Below, one piece after another: positions 23,157-33,003 of a DNA stretch of 64,000 nt. The stretch's first letter is position 1. The number at the start of each line of letters is the position of its first letter. This DNA is from Meyerozyma guilliermondii. Taxonomy: Eukaryota. Made by a program: the position numbers and the translations under genes. Below the pieces are notes generated by a model. It was not told where the DNA came from. It worked only from the letters and a program-made list of their open reading frames with translations, and made no database searches. The stretch lies in NCBI GenBank assembly GCA_051546255.1, contig CP128815.1:1178001-1242000 (forward strand). Reading direction: 5' to 3'.

Positions 23157-24614
23157 GCGTTATTGAATACCCATTTCAGCCCAAGGTTGAGATCATAGAA
23201 TAATGTTCTATGAATTAGCATGGGTCCCAGAAGGTGGAGTTTGACTAGCTAGGTATGATCTGCTTCTGGATTCTCCCAGAGAGCACTTGTGGACCAAATC
23301 GTTTCATGCATTGAAGTGATGTCATTTTGATCCAGAAGTGTATCGCGATCCAAATTCTCCATTCCTTACATACAGTTGAAAAGCCCTGGTATCATTGTTT
23401 GATACCCTCGGTTGCCTTTCAATACGTTGAATTCCATGGGGCAGCCACAGGTCTGTTTCGTGCCATCAATTGGGAATACCCACATATATATACTCATTTC
23501 ATTCTTGTATAATAGTTTCATTCGCCTTGCGAAGAGAATGTTATAAAGTTAATTTACAATAGCAAAGATTATCAGGTATATTCTAGTCATCAAATCATTC
23601 TTTATCATATAAAATGATCGTAGAAACTCTGTCATCGACGTTCCATTCATTTTCGCAGTTATGACTTTATTGGGCTACTTGTCGACTCAATTGGCCTCAT
23701 CTATTAGATCGTTCTAACGGAAGAATCATTATACTCAGAGTAAAGATCCCTTATTCACATATTAAAATAATCTCTCCATAACTGAATTCAACATCTCTTA
23801 GCTCGCATAATACCGAGATAGCTTGGTGTACGCGTTTCTGGAGTCGGATTAGTAACGTCGGCAGTAATGCACTTGTCTCAGATAGAAACGAGCTTCTAGC
23901 TCTAAAGTTCAAGCTGTCATATGGCAGAGGCTGAAATGAACTGTTGACTGTATACCCCATCAGCAATATTTTTTGATCAAACCTTGAATCAGACTCACAT
24001 AAAAATATTATAGCTGTAGAGAAGAGTGGAAGACCAAAATTTACGGGAGAACAGTAGTGCTTGTTTTTAAATCATCCTACTATTACGGTCTAGACTCTTA
24101 AAAATTTGGTATATTAAACGCAATTTTGCAGCCAGTATGCTTCCTCAATAATTACATAAAATGCTAGCTTTGAGCTACCCAACTCAATTCTAGAAACACT
24201 ATAAGCCACCTTTAAGCCACTGTCGTCAAAGCACCTTCAATTGTTTAGACGAGGTGCCAGCTTTGACACCGCTTGTGGAACTACTACCCTCGGCAAAATG
24301 TTCTGATCTCCTTCGTAAATTTCAATTCAGAAAGAATTAACTCAATCAGGAAAATACTGAAGGGAAACTGCGCCTGCAAATTACTTCTTGCGGAAATTCC
24401 TATGCGCCAAGTGGTTCCATATCACCGCACCGGTAAAGATAGGAGAGATTTACCTAGCAAATAATTGACAAATAGTTGATATAGCAAATCGTAATGCTAG
24501 CCAAAGGTCGTATGATACTACTATACAATCCCATTGGCGCCTATGCTTCTGTCATGGTGTTTTTTATGTATTGGTACTAATACTAGCTTCCATGTATTGT
24601 CTGTATGGAACCGG

Positions 24615-24662
24615 CCAAATTGGGAAATTTGCAAACAACAACAATTAATAAACCGGATTAGG
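24615..24662 (+). promoter_or_regulatory. Mcm1-Forkhead composite element plus a second Mcm1 site
   Basis: CCAAATTGGG-AAATTT-GCAAACAA at 24615-24638 and CCGGATTAGG-AAA at 24653-24665. Confidence 0.6.
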
Positions 24663-24763
24663 AAAGGGTTCCATTGGCGAGGCAGCTTTATAACGTATTG
24701 GCTTGCACCCTATAATAATTGCACACCACCACTAATTTCTTTGAAGACCTTATAGACGGAAGA

Positions 24764-25621
24764 ATGTCATGCGTGCTCCATTCTTCAATTTCCCTTGATT
24801 ATTCTTTTCCCTCGAGGAAACAGTTTGATGATATCCGAAAGGGACTTCTCTTACCTCGTGATGCTCTCATACTGCAAAATCTCACATTGGTAAAAATGCC
24901 ACAAGCTAAAGATCCTGTTCGTGTCGCACAACCAATCCAGAAAACATTTTCAAGTCAGCGCCAAGACGATCCATTGGAAGCACTTTATGAGAAATCCAAA
25001 AATGTAATAGACTCATACACCGAAAAGTTGATGCTAGATTCACTTTCTCCAACGGCCACTGGTGGCAAGAAAGTTCTTCCAACCATGAAAATGGAAGACT
25101 CATTCGTTGAGAAGACTCAAGGTTATCATATTTCACCTTCGGCGGGCAAAACCTTGTATTTTTCACCCAAATTCACAAAGAAGACAAATACCTCATTGCC
25201 ACAATCGACCCCAGACACTAAAGATGCAACCAGAAGAAAGCTTGATTTCGGTACTCAAGGTCTGTCGAAAATGAGAAAAGTTGACCTTTTGCAAATTTCA
25301 GGTAAGAAATCTGGTCCGGTGCAAATCTATGAAGATTCGCAGCCAGAGACAGAAGAAGATAACCTTGCATGCCATGCTGGTCATATTCTACGCATGGCTA
25401 TGGATACCACGCTATTGGGATCCAGTTATAACTCCAGTATGAACTCATCATTTGGGTTCAATGACTCAATCCTAGGTTCCAAGAAAAACATCCTTGACCT
25501 TGAAGGTGAGGAAAGCATCACTCGCAGCCTGAAGCGTGAACACAACTTGAATACCAACAAGGCCACGAAAGTGGAGATCAGTGCTGAAGATTTGAACAAT
25601 GCTATATACGCAGATTGCTAA
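24764..25621 (+). CDS. Uncharacterised, probably disordered protein (285 aa)
   Basis: Open frame from the ATG at 24764. S/T/K-rich with several SP/TP sites plus RRKLDF and VQIYED motifs. Confidence 0.7.
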   Translation: MSCVLHSSISLDYSFPSRKQFDDIRKGLLLPRDALILQNLTLVKMPQAKDPVRVAQPIQKTFSSQRQDDPLEALYEKSKNVIDSYTEKLMLDSLSPTATGGKKVLPTMKMEDSFVEKTQGYHISPSAGKTLYFSPKFTKKTNTSLPQSTPDTKDATRRKLDFGTQGLSKMRKVDLLQISGKKSGPVQIYEDSQPETEEDNLACHAGHILRMAMDTTLLGSSYNSSMNSSFGFNDSILGSKKNILDLEGEESITRSLKREHNLNTNKATKVEISAEDLNNAIYADC

Positions 25622-27494
25622 CCATTAGTACAATGTCACGAGTTATGAACTTCAAGTAGGCAGTATCACGAGAATCCACTGTATAATTATATTGGCGCGA
25701 AAAGCTAGGTAGATTTTCGTCCTTGATAGAAGGTTCAGATTGACATATCTTGTGTTGATTCCAGTATTCGTCAAGGTCATCAGCTGTGATCTCCCTCTTG
25801 TAAACCTTCAGAACATAATCTATTGCAAGCTTGGTAGATGTGTTACTCTTGACAATGGACTCCGGAAGATTCTTGATGAGATCCCATATTCTGCCATCAA
25901 TTACACCTGAAAAGTCAGATATATAGCAGTAGAGATAATATTGGAGTAGTTCATGAAAGTTTCCTCTCAACGAGGCTGATATGACACATCTATAATTGTC
26001 GTGGGTGAGGCGGATGTTTTGAGCTTTCATGAACTGATAAAGATGCAAGCTGGCTTGTTTAGCAGCGTTTGAGTTTGAAAGGGAATTAAAAATAATGTCG
26101 AGTGTATCGTAATCCACAAACGCTTTGAATGAAGAAGGATCGAATCTCTGGAATGCCAAAAGTGCTCTGACCATTCCGGTAAATGATTGATATAAATTGA
26201 TATGATTCAAAACGCTGTTCAAGAAAATCTTAGCGACGTCCGAAGAATATTCCATCCGTTTGATATAAGCTAGATGGACGTTGATTAGCGAGGAAAGTGC
26301 TTGAAGATTAGCCATTGCATTCCCATTAGGGTTGGGATTTCCTCCATCCATTTGTATGTCGTCTTTATCCGGTTCGGTTTCTTCGCTTGCACTAGTATAA
26401 TAGTTCATATACCTATGAGACATAGGCTCAGTGATGTCTTTATAAGTGAGTAAGTCACGACGTTCCCTTTTCAACTTTTTATTGAGTCCAGAGATGATAT
26501 CGAATACTCTCATGATGGTTTCATCGCTATGTGTCTGAGAAGGAACATGATAGCAATATGCTTGGATTATTTCGAGAGATAGCTCTTTGGTAAGTGATTT
26601 TCTACCCTGCAACGATTCATGGAGAAAGTATGGCTCAATCATGGCAAGAGTCCTTTGCACATCTCCGTGGAGTGCAAATGTATGCAAAATTTGAAGTAAT
26701 GTCTCTCTGTTAAAGAGCTCATTTACATTGGTATTGTCAAGATTTGGGGATATGTGATGGTCAAAGATGTGAGTCAATAACCGGTAGTGGCTATTCACCA
26801 ATGCAAAAGACAAAAACTTTGTGGAATCCATGGGTTTTATGGGCTGTATTACTTGTAGAATATCCACGATGTCGTCGCAAGAAGAATAGGAGACCATATT
26901 GTCAAGCAATCGGGCAGTGGGCATCAAGTTCAATCTGTCTTGTGGTGCCAATTCGAGTTCCATCGTCAATATTTCAATAAACAATTCCTTTGCACGTATT
27001 ATCTGGGAAGTGTTAAGCATTACCTGAATGAAAGCGACGTAATATCGAACTTTGTTAACCGGCAGTTGTGTAAATTTTGGTATTACATTTAGCCACAAGT
27101 ATCGAAGGTGTAAAAGTTGGTGGACATCATTGCAGTATTTGAAAGTGGTCAAGAGATTTTGGGTATTTCTATCAATCTCCGAATTGGTGAGATTCAGTAA
27201 CGACGTACTTGCCAACAAGTATGCTTCGATCGCAATTTCGACAGAGCCCGTCCTCTTTCCGCTGGCACACGCATTGAGCAACTTCTGTACGTCATTTTGC
27301 AGGGGGGAAGTCTTCAAGACATTTAATTGATCGAGCAATGGGTTCTTGGAAGTGAGGTTTGGAGTTTGTTTGAGAACAAGATGCTTATAATTTTTCGTCT
27401 TGCGGTTTGTTTCTGTTGCTTCGTAGCTTACAGACAATGTTCTGATGGTCTGAAGGTGAAAATGAGGTATTCGTAACCCTCGTCGGCATAGCAT
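25602..27494 (-). CDS. Mitochondrial PPR-like helical-repeat protein (630 aa)
   Basis: Arg-rich presequence MLCRRGLRIPHF. PPR-like segments ASLHLYQFMKAQNIRLTHDNYRCVISAS and TLLQILHTFALHGDVQRTLAMIE. Confidence 0.7.
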   Translation of the reverse strand: MLCRRGLRIPHFHLQTIRTLSVSYEATETNRKTKNYKHLVLKQTPNLTSKNPLLDQLNVLKTSPLQNDVQKLLNACASGKRTGSVEIAIEAYLLASTSLLNLTNSEIDRNTQNLLTTFKYCNDVHQLLHLRYLWLNVIPKFTQLPVNKVRYYVAFIQVMLNTSQIIRAKELFIEILTMELELAPQDRLNLMPTARLLDNMVSYSSCDDIVDILQVIQPIKPMDSTKFLSFALVNSHYRLLTHIFDHHISPNLDNTNVNELFNRETLLQILHTFALHGDVQRTLAMIEPYFLHESLQGRKSLTKELSLEIIQAYCYHVPSQTHSDETIMRVFDIISGLNKKLKRERRDLLTYKDITEPMSHRYMNYYTSASEETEPDKDDIQMDGGNPNPNGNAMANLQALSSLINVHLAYIKRMEYSSDVAKIFLNSVLNHINLYQSFTGMVRALLAFQRFDPSSFKAFVDYDTLDIIFNSLSNSNAAKQASLHLYQFMKAQNIRLTHDNYRCVISASLRGNFHELLQYYLYCYISDFSGVIDGRIWDLIKNLPESIVKSNTSTKLAIDYVLKVYKREITADDLDEYWNQHKICQSEPSIKDENLPSFSRQYNYTVDSRDTAYLKFITRDIVLMVSNLRI

Positions 27495-27553
27495 TAAGTA
27501 TCTACCAATGCACCAAGATCTAAAATTCGCGATGCGAATCTGAATATTTCAAT

Positions 27554-28627
27554 ATGAGCACTAGTTTAAAACGCCTTTTAGCAACTTCTGCCAAAAGTAG
27601 TGCTTCCAAGCAACAATTCAATGTCTTTGATAGAGAAGTGAAACGCATTCAGCGATCCAGATACCCTGCGACCAATCCAGAGCAATCAAGAAGAGCAGAC
27701 TACTTGAAGGATGAGGTTGCATTGAGAACAATTGAGAGACTTGCATTTATAACGAGAGACTTAACCCGTGTGTTGGATTTCGGGTCCCATCTGGGCAATT
27801 TTCTCAAGGTGTTGTGTCAAGAAACAAAAATTCCTGAGTCGGGTGATGAGGTTGAACTCGAGATTGCAAAGCAACTTGAAAAAGATAAAGAGTCAGTGAA
27901 GAGCAGAATCAAAGAGATCACAATGGTTGACTCGTCAAAGCTGTCGCTTGAGAGAGATATCAGTGAGTCATTCAACACGAAATTCGAGGGAAAGATAATA
28001 AGAAATGTAGCAGATGAAGAGACGTTTGACCATGAATGTCTCCAACAACCAGATCAGTACGATGCTGTTATATCCAATTTGTCCATGCACTGGATCAATG
28101 ATTTGCCACAGGCTCTTGCCCAGATCAACAGAGTCTTGAAACCAGATGGAGTTTTCATGGGAACTATCTTTGGAGGAGATACTTTGTATGAGCTTCGTAC
28201 GTCGCTACAACTTGCTGAATTGGAACGATTGGGAGGCATGTCGCCACGATTGTCACCTTTGGTGGACTTGAAAGACGTTGGCTCCTTGCTCAATAGGGCT
28301 GGTTTTGCCATGTTAACCATTGACGCTGAGGATATCGTCGTTGGTGGATTTCCCGACATAACTGCAGTTTGCGAAGACCTACAATGTATGGGCGAGCAAA
28401 ACGCAGTCCATTCGAGACCAGCACTCCTTCCTCGAGATGTCCTTTTGGCCGCGAACGAGATCTATAGGTCATTACATGGAGAGAAGGATGACAAGGGAAA
28501 TGTCACACTTCCTGCTACCTTCAATGTGATTTCTATGATAGGATGGAAGAAGAGTGACAACCAACCACAACCACTTGCCAGAGGGTCTGGTCAAGTTAAT
28601 TTCAAGGACGTTTTGGGCGAGAATTGA
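27554..28627 (+). CDS. NDUFAF5: Complex I assembly factor, SAM-methyltransferase-fold arginine hydroxylase
   Basis: VFDREVKRIQR, SNLSMHWINDLP, GGDTLYELRTSLQLAELER.GGMSPRLSP and PATFNVISMIGWK motifs. Confidence 0.92.
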   Translation: MSTSLKRLLATSAKSSASKQQFNVFDREVKRIQRSRYPATNPEQSRRADYLKDEVALRTIERLAFITRDLTRVLDFGSHLGNFLKVLCQETKIPESGDEVELEIAKQLEKDKESVKSRIKEITMVDSSKLSLERDISESFNTKFEGKIIRNVADEETFDHECLQQPDQYDAVISNLSMHWINDLPQALAQINRVLKPDGVFMGTIFGGDTLYELRTSLQLAELERLGGMSPRLSPLVDLKDVGSLLNRAGFAMLTIDAEDIVVGGFPDITAVCEDLQCMGEQNAVHSRPALLPRDVLLAANEIYRSLHGEKDDKGNVTLPATFNVISMIGWKKSDNQPQPLARGSGQVNFKDVLGEN

Positions 28628-28717
28628 TGAATAGCGAAAAGAAGAAGAAAGCAAGAAGGTATCAGTTTGGTTTAAGAAAAAGTGATTCGGACAGAATATG
28701 ACTAGACTGTTACAGGA

Positions 28718-28757
28718 TAGTGTCTAGTGTCTAGTGTCGTCGTGTCTTCGTGTCTTC
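28718..28757. repeat. Short degenerate tandem repeat (TAGTGTC)3 followed by (N-TCGTGTC)2
   Basis: tagtgtctagtgtctagtgtc-gtcgtgtc-ttcgtgtc is visible directly. Confidence 0.6.
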
Positions 28758-29216
28758 ATATCAAGACGACAGAACTATCTCATCTGATCACAAAAATCCC
28801 ATCCTAAGTAAATTAATTGTATATACCACTCATTACACTCCATATTCTCCGTGGTGGACCCCACTTCCGAATCCCATGGAACTCTGGCAATCGCACATGA
28901 TCCGAGTGTGTGCAGTACCGATTGCCCGATTCCCCACAAAAGTACCGAGGGCGTATTTGAGCTCACGCTTGATTGCGAACTACCTCATCAGTTAAGCTAA
29001 CTTGTTGAATCACTCTTAAGGCTGCCACAATATTGAGTTGCCAAAAATATTGATCTTTCATTTGATCCTTCGAGGCATAAAAAGTTTCAATTATCTGCTG
29101 TGTGGGGTGATATTCGTGGCACAGGCGATAAGACATTAACAGCTTTGGTGACCACTTGTATCTCTAGAACGCAAACTTTTTATTTCCAATTTTTTTGAGA
29201 TTTTGCTCAATCCCTA

Positions 29217-32200
29217 ATGTCCAAGCCTTCCGAATCGCCAGTGGTTGTGCTTCCAACTTACCGTTTGGACTCCAATTTGGTGCTTCTTCCTGGTATCATC
29301 TATAATGTGACTTTTTCTCGATTCAAGGCAGCGGCGTTGTTGTCTAGGTTCCGTCACTACGTCGGAGAAGTGTCTATGATCCGAAGCTTGATCAGCGAGT
29401 ATGATTTCGATAACGACCAAGACACTCATGTTCCGGTTATTTCTGAAAAGGCTGCCGAGGGTATCAGTGAGTTTCATCAAGCTCAGGCCAACGCTTCCAG
29501 TACCGAAGTTGCCGCCCCAGAAACCGGCTTTGACTGGTTGGTGTTGGCTATAACACCAAATACTCAGAAAATCACGAATCCTCCTTCCTCCACTGCCTAT
29601 GATCCACCGGTTTCTCCACCTAATTGCGAAGTAGTCACTATAGTGAGAGTTGTGGGGATCACCGACGACTCAAACAATATTAAGTTGACACTTCAAGCCT
29701 TAACAAGAGGCCTCAAGAAGTATGAGAAGGAGAAAAGTCACCCCAATGAGGCAAAAGTCAAGGTTGATTTGAACGCTAACCATGGCCTTGCTTCTAGCAA
29801 CTTTCCCTCTTTGAACAAGAAAGCAGCAAGTTTGTTCGATGTCATTGATAAGTTTCTCTCTGACTATCAACAAGCACTCAAATCGAGTAACATGAAAATT
29901 CTGAAGGCCAACGATGGAAAGAACTCGGGCAACATTTTATGCTTAAATCCATTGGCAAATGCGTTGTATCTTCAGCTTAATGGTTCGAGAGAGGTAACAA
30001 AAGCATACATCAGTTTGAAAAAGCTATTTTCCACCTATACTTCGGGGAACAAAATCGACTCCCGTTCCTTCCTCCGCTTGGTTGATTTATCATGTGCAAT
30101 CGTACCGTTCCCCAATCACCAGAAGCTCAACTTGTTGAACAAATTCAAAGCAGAAGATAGGGTGAAAGAAGTTAACAAAATGATGGATGACTTAATTGAC
30201 GTCTTTAAAAATTTGGAAGCAAACAACAACTACGTTAACCATTGGTTTTTCGATGAGGCATCCTATATCCAGAAAGCGAATGTGGTTGCAAGTCAGCTCA
30301 AGTCTATCAGGCTAATCTTGGAAGGGATGTCAAGTTCGAAAAACGATAAGAACACTCAAGTGAAGGCCAACAATCAACTTGTTCGCCGCAAGAATAACAC
30401 CAAATCTGTTGGTAGTGCTGTGGGTCCAAAAGAAACCGGGGACGCGGATGAAGAGGATGATGATGACGATGACGATGATTTGCGCGCAATCACTAGTTTC
30501 ATCAAGAGCAAGATGCCAAGTATACAAGGAATGTCTAATGACACAAAACGCTTGTTGACTAAAGATTTCAAGCGTATCAAGTCATCACCACCTGGAAATT
30601 CAGACTTTCACGTTATCAGAAACTACTTGGAAATTGTTGCTGATATTCCTTGGGATAAGTATATCACCAAATTCAAGTCGAATCAAGACATTGATATTGA
30701 CTTCGCAAGAAAGCAGTTAGATGAAGACCACTACGGTTTGGAACATGTCAAGAGACGATTAATTCAGTATTTGGTGGTTTTGAAGTTATTGGGTATTACA
30801 TCCGAGGCTGAATCCGAGAAGATTGCCAACGAAAAGAAAAACGCCCTTGGTAGTGGAGGATCCAAGGATGATGATCTGAACAACAGTGATCGCAAATCTG
30901 ATTCGATTGTGATTGACAACAGCGACTTAACTTACAAAGCCCGCCAGGAAGCAAAGGACAAGAATAAAAAATCTAGGAGCCTCACATCAATTGAACTGTC
31001 TGCCCAAAAAGACCTTATGGTCTCTAAGAAGAACAAATCACCCATTATGATGTTGGCGGGACCACCTGGTACGGGTAAAACCTCTTTGGCAAAGTCAATT
31101 GCAAACTCTCTTGGTAGAAGCTTTCAGAGAGTATCGTTGGGTGGTATTAAAGATGAATCTGAGATTAGGGGCCATAGAAGAACCTATGTTGGTGCTATGC
31201 CTGGTGTTATCATTCAGTCATTGCGGAAAGCAAGATGCATGAATCCGGTGATTTTGCTCGATGAAATTGACAAGGTGATCGGTGGAAACAGCAATGCCAA
31301 CAAATTCAACGGTGATCCTTCGGCAGCATTATTGGAAGTATTAGATCCGGAGCAAAATAATTCTTTCATGGATCATTACTTGGGATTTCCCGTTGATCTT
31401 TCACAAGTCATTTTCATCTGTACTGCCAACGAGCCATATAACTTATCAAAGCCTTTACTTGATAGGCTCGAAATGATCGAGGTTAGTGCTTATGACTACA
31501 ATGAGAAACAAATAATTGGTGAGAAATACTTGTTACCTAGACAGATAAAGAGAAATGGGTTCCCTCTGTTGGATCTTGTCTATATTGACAAGTCGGTAAT
31601 GAAGAAGATCATTTTGGACTACACAAGAGAGGCTGGGGTGCGTAATTTCGAGAGAAAACTCGGCACCATCTGCAGATACAAAGCTGTTGAGTATGCCTCA
31701 AGCTTGGATAGTTCTGAAACTTATGATCCTACTGTTGAGGAGCATGATTTGCCAAAGTATTTGGGTGTACCATTCCCCAAGTTATCGTCGGAAATATCCG
31801 AGCCTGTCACTCTGGCTGCAAAGTATGGTGTCGTTAATGGTCTTTCGTACAACTCGGATGGTTCAGGCTCTGTGTTGATCTTCGAAAGCATCGGTATAAT
31901 CAGTGGAGACAAGGATTCTAATGAGTCAAGAACTTCACTTCACATGACAGGAAGGCTCGGTGAAGTTTTGATGGAAAGTGCTAAGATTGGACTTACATTC
32001 ATAAAATCAATGCTTCACGGGCACTTGTTGAATGTGAATAACAGCGATGCGGAAATATTAAAGAGAATGAATCAGCTTGAAATTCACATGCATGTACCAC
32101 TGGGATCAATTCTGAAAGATGGACCTTCAGCCGGTATTACCATGGCCCTTCTGTTTTTATCATTAATTTTAGAGAAGCCGGTACCCTCGAATATTGCCAT

Positions 32201-32555
32201 GACAGGTGAGATCACATTGAGAGGACTCGTACTTCCAATTGGTGGAGTTAAAGAGAAAATACTTGGTGCGCACTTGGCTGGCGTAGACAAGGTGATTGTG
32301 CCTCGAGAGAATAGGAAAGACCTCATAGAGGAGTACTGTCGTCAAATTAATGATGATACGCAACTCAACGGGTTGTTGAAGGACAATGAAAGACGCTACA
32401 ACTACACTAGGAATGATCCTGAACAGTACATCAAGCAGAAGTACAACATGGAAGTATGTTATGCTCGTGAGTTCTGGGATGTGGTCAAACACGTTTGGGG
32501 CGATGAGCTTTTGATGAAAATTGATCAATCTAAACTACTTGAATACCATTTATAG
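29217..32555 (+). CDS. Lon protease, peroxisomal type (LONP2-like)
   Basis: Walker [26 protein letters not shown], and catalytic KDGPSAG...GGVKEK. No mitochondrial presequence; the protein ends in YHL. Confidence 0.88.
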   Translation: MSKPSESPVVVLPTYRLDSNLVLLPGIIYNVTFSRFKAAALLSRFRHYVGEVSMIRSLISEYDFDNDQDTHVPVISEKAAEGISEFHQAQANASSTEVAAPETGFDWLVLAITPNTQKITNPPSSTAYDPPVSPPNCEVVTIVRVVGITDDSNNIKLTLQALTRGLKKYEKEKSHPNEAKVKVDLNANHGLASSNFPSLNKKAASLFDVIDKFLSDYQQALKSSNMKILKANDGKNSGNILCLNPLANALYLQLNGSREVTKAYISLKKLFSTYTSGNKIDSRSFLRLVDLSCAIVPFPNHQKLNLLNKFKAEDRVKEVNKMMDDLIDVFKNLEANNNYVNHWFFDEASYIQKANVVASQLKSIRLILEGMSSSKNDKNTQVKANNQLVRRKNNTKSVGSAVGPKETGDADEEDDDDDDDDLRAITSFIKSKMPSIQGMSNDTKRLLTKDFKRIKSSPPGNSDFHVIRNYLEIVADIPWDKYITKFKSNQDIDIDFARKQLDEDHYGLEHVKRRLIQYLVVLKLLGITSEAESEKIANEKKNALGSGGSKDDDLNNSDRKSDSIVIDNSDLTYKARQEAKDKNKKSRSLTSIELSAQKDLMVSKKNKSPIMMLAGPPGTGKTSLAKSIANSLGRSFQRVSLGGIKDESEIRGHRRTYVGAMPGVIIQSLRKARCMNPVILLDEIDKVIGGNSNANKFNGDPSAALLEVLDPEQNNSFMDHYLGFPVDLSQVIFICTANEPYNLSKPLLDRLEMIEVSAYDYNEKQIIGEKYLLPRQIKRNGFPLLDLVYIDKSVMKKIILDYTREAGVRNFERKLGTICRYKAVEYASSLDSSETYDPTVEEHDLPKYLGVPFPKLSSEISEPVTLAAKYGVVNGLSYNSDGSGSVLIFESIGIISGDKDSNESRTSLHMTGRLGEVLMESAKIGLTFIKSMLHGHLLNVNNSDAEILKRMNQLEIHMHVPLGSILKDGPSAGITMALLFLSLILEKPVPSNIAMTGEITLRGLVLPIGGVKEKILGAHLAGVDKVIVPRENRKDLIEEYCRQINDDTQLNGLLKDNERRYNYTRNDPEQYIKQKYNMEVCYAREFWDVVKHVWGDELLMKIDQSKLLEYHL

Positions 32556-33003
32556 TTCTTTATGAATGTCTTAGTATTAAGGTTAGACTGCGTGGTTCTG
32601 TATATAGCTTCACTTTACCACGAGACACGCATTACTCGTGTTTCCGCCAGGGCACGCCAAGCCTTATTTTTTTACTTCGCATCAAAGCAGGAGGTTAGTT
32701 GTTGTTCTCTGTGAAATAAACAGGTATATTTATCCGGGCATTTCGTTCGTTTGCCTCAAATACCTCATAAGTTGTGAATTCAAGTCAGTTAACTTTACTA
32801 AGCTTACTGACTTCTTGATTACTGACTTATTGAGTACTTGGCATAGCCGATCTATTTTTGGCACTCCTGATCTGAAAATCAGTTGAAGCTTCGAAGTGCT
32901 GTTTTGCTAGTTTTTCTAGCATTTGGCCAACGAGAACTTTAAGCCATTCAATAGACTGCGATCTTCTGTACTTTGCTGAAAATCTTAACATAATTACGCT
33001 GCC

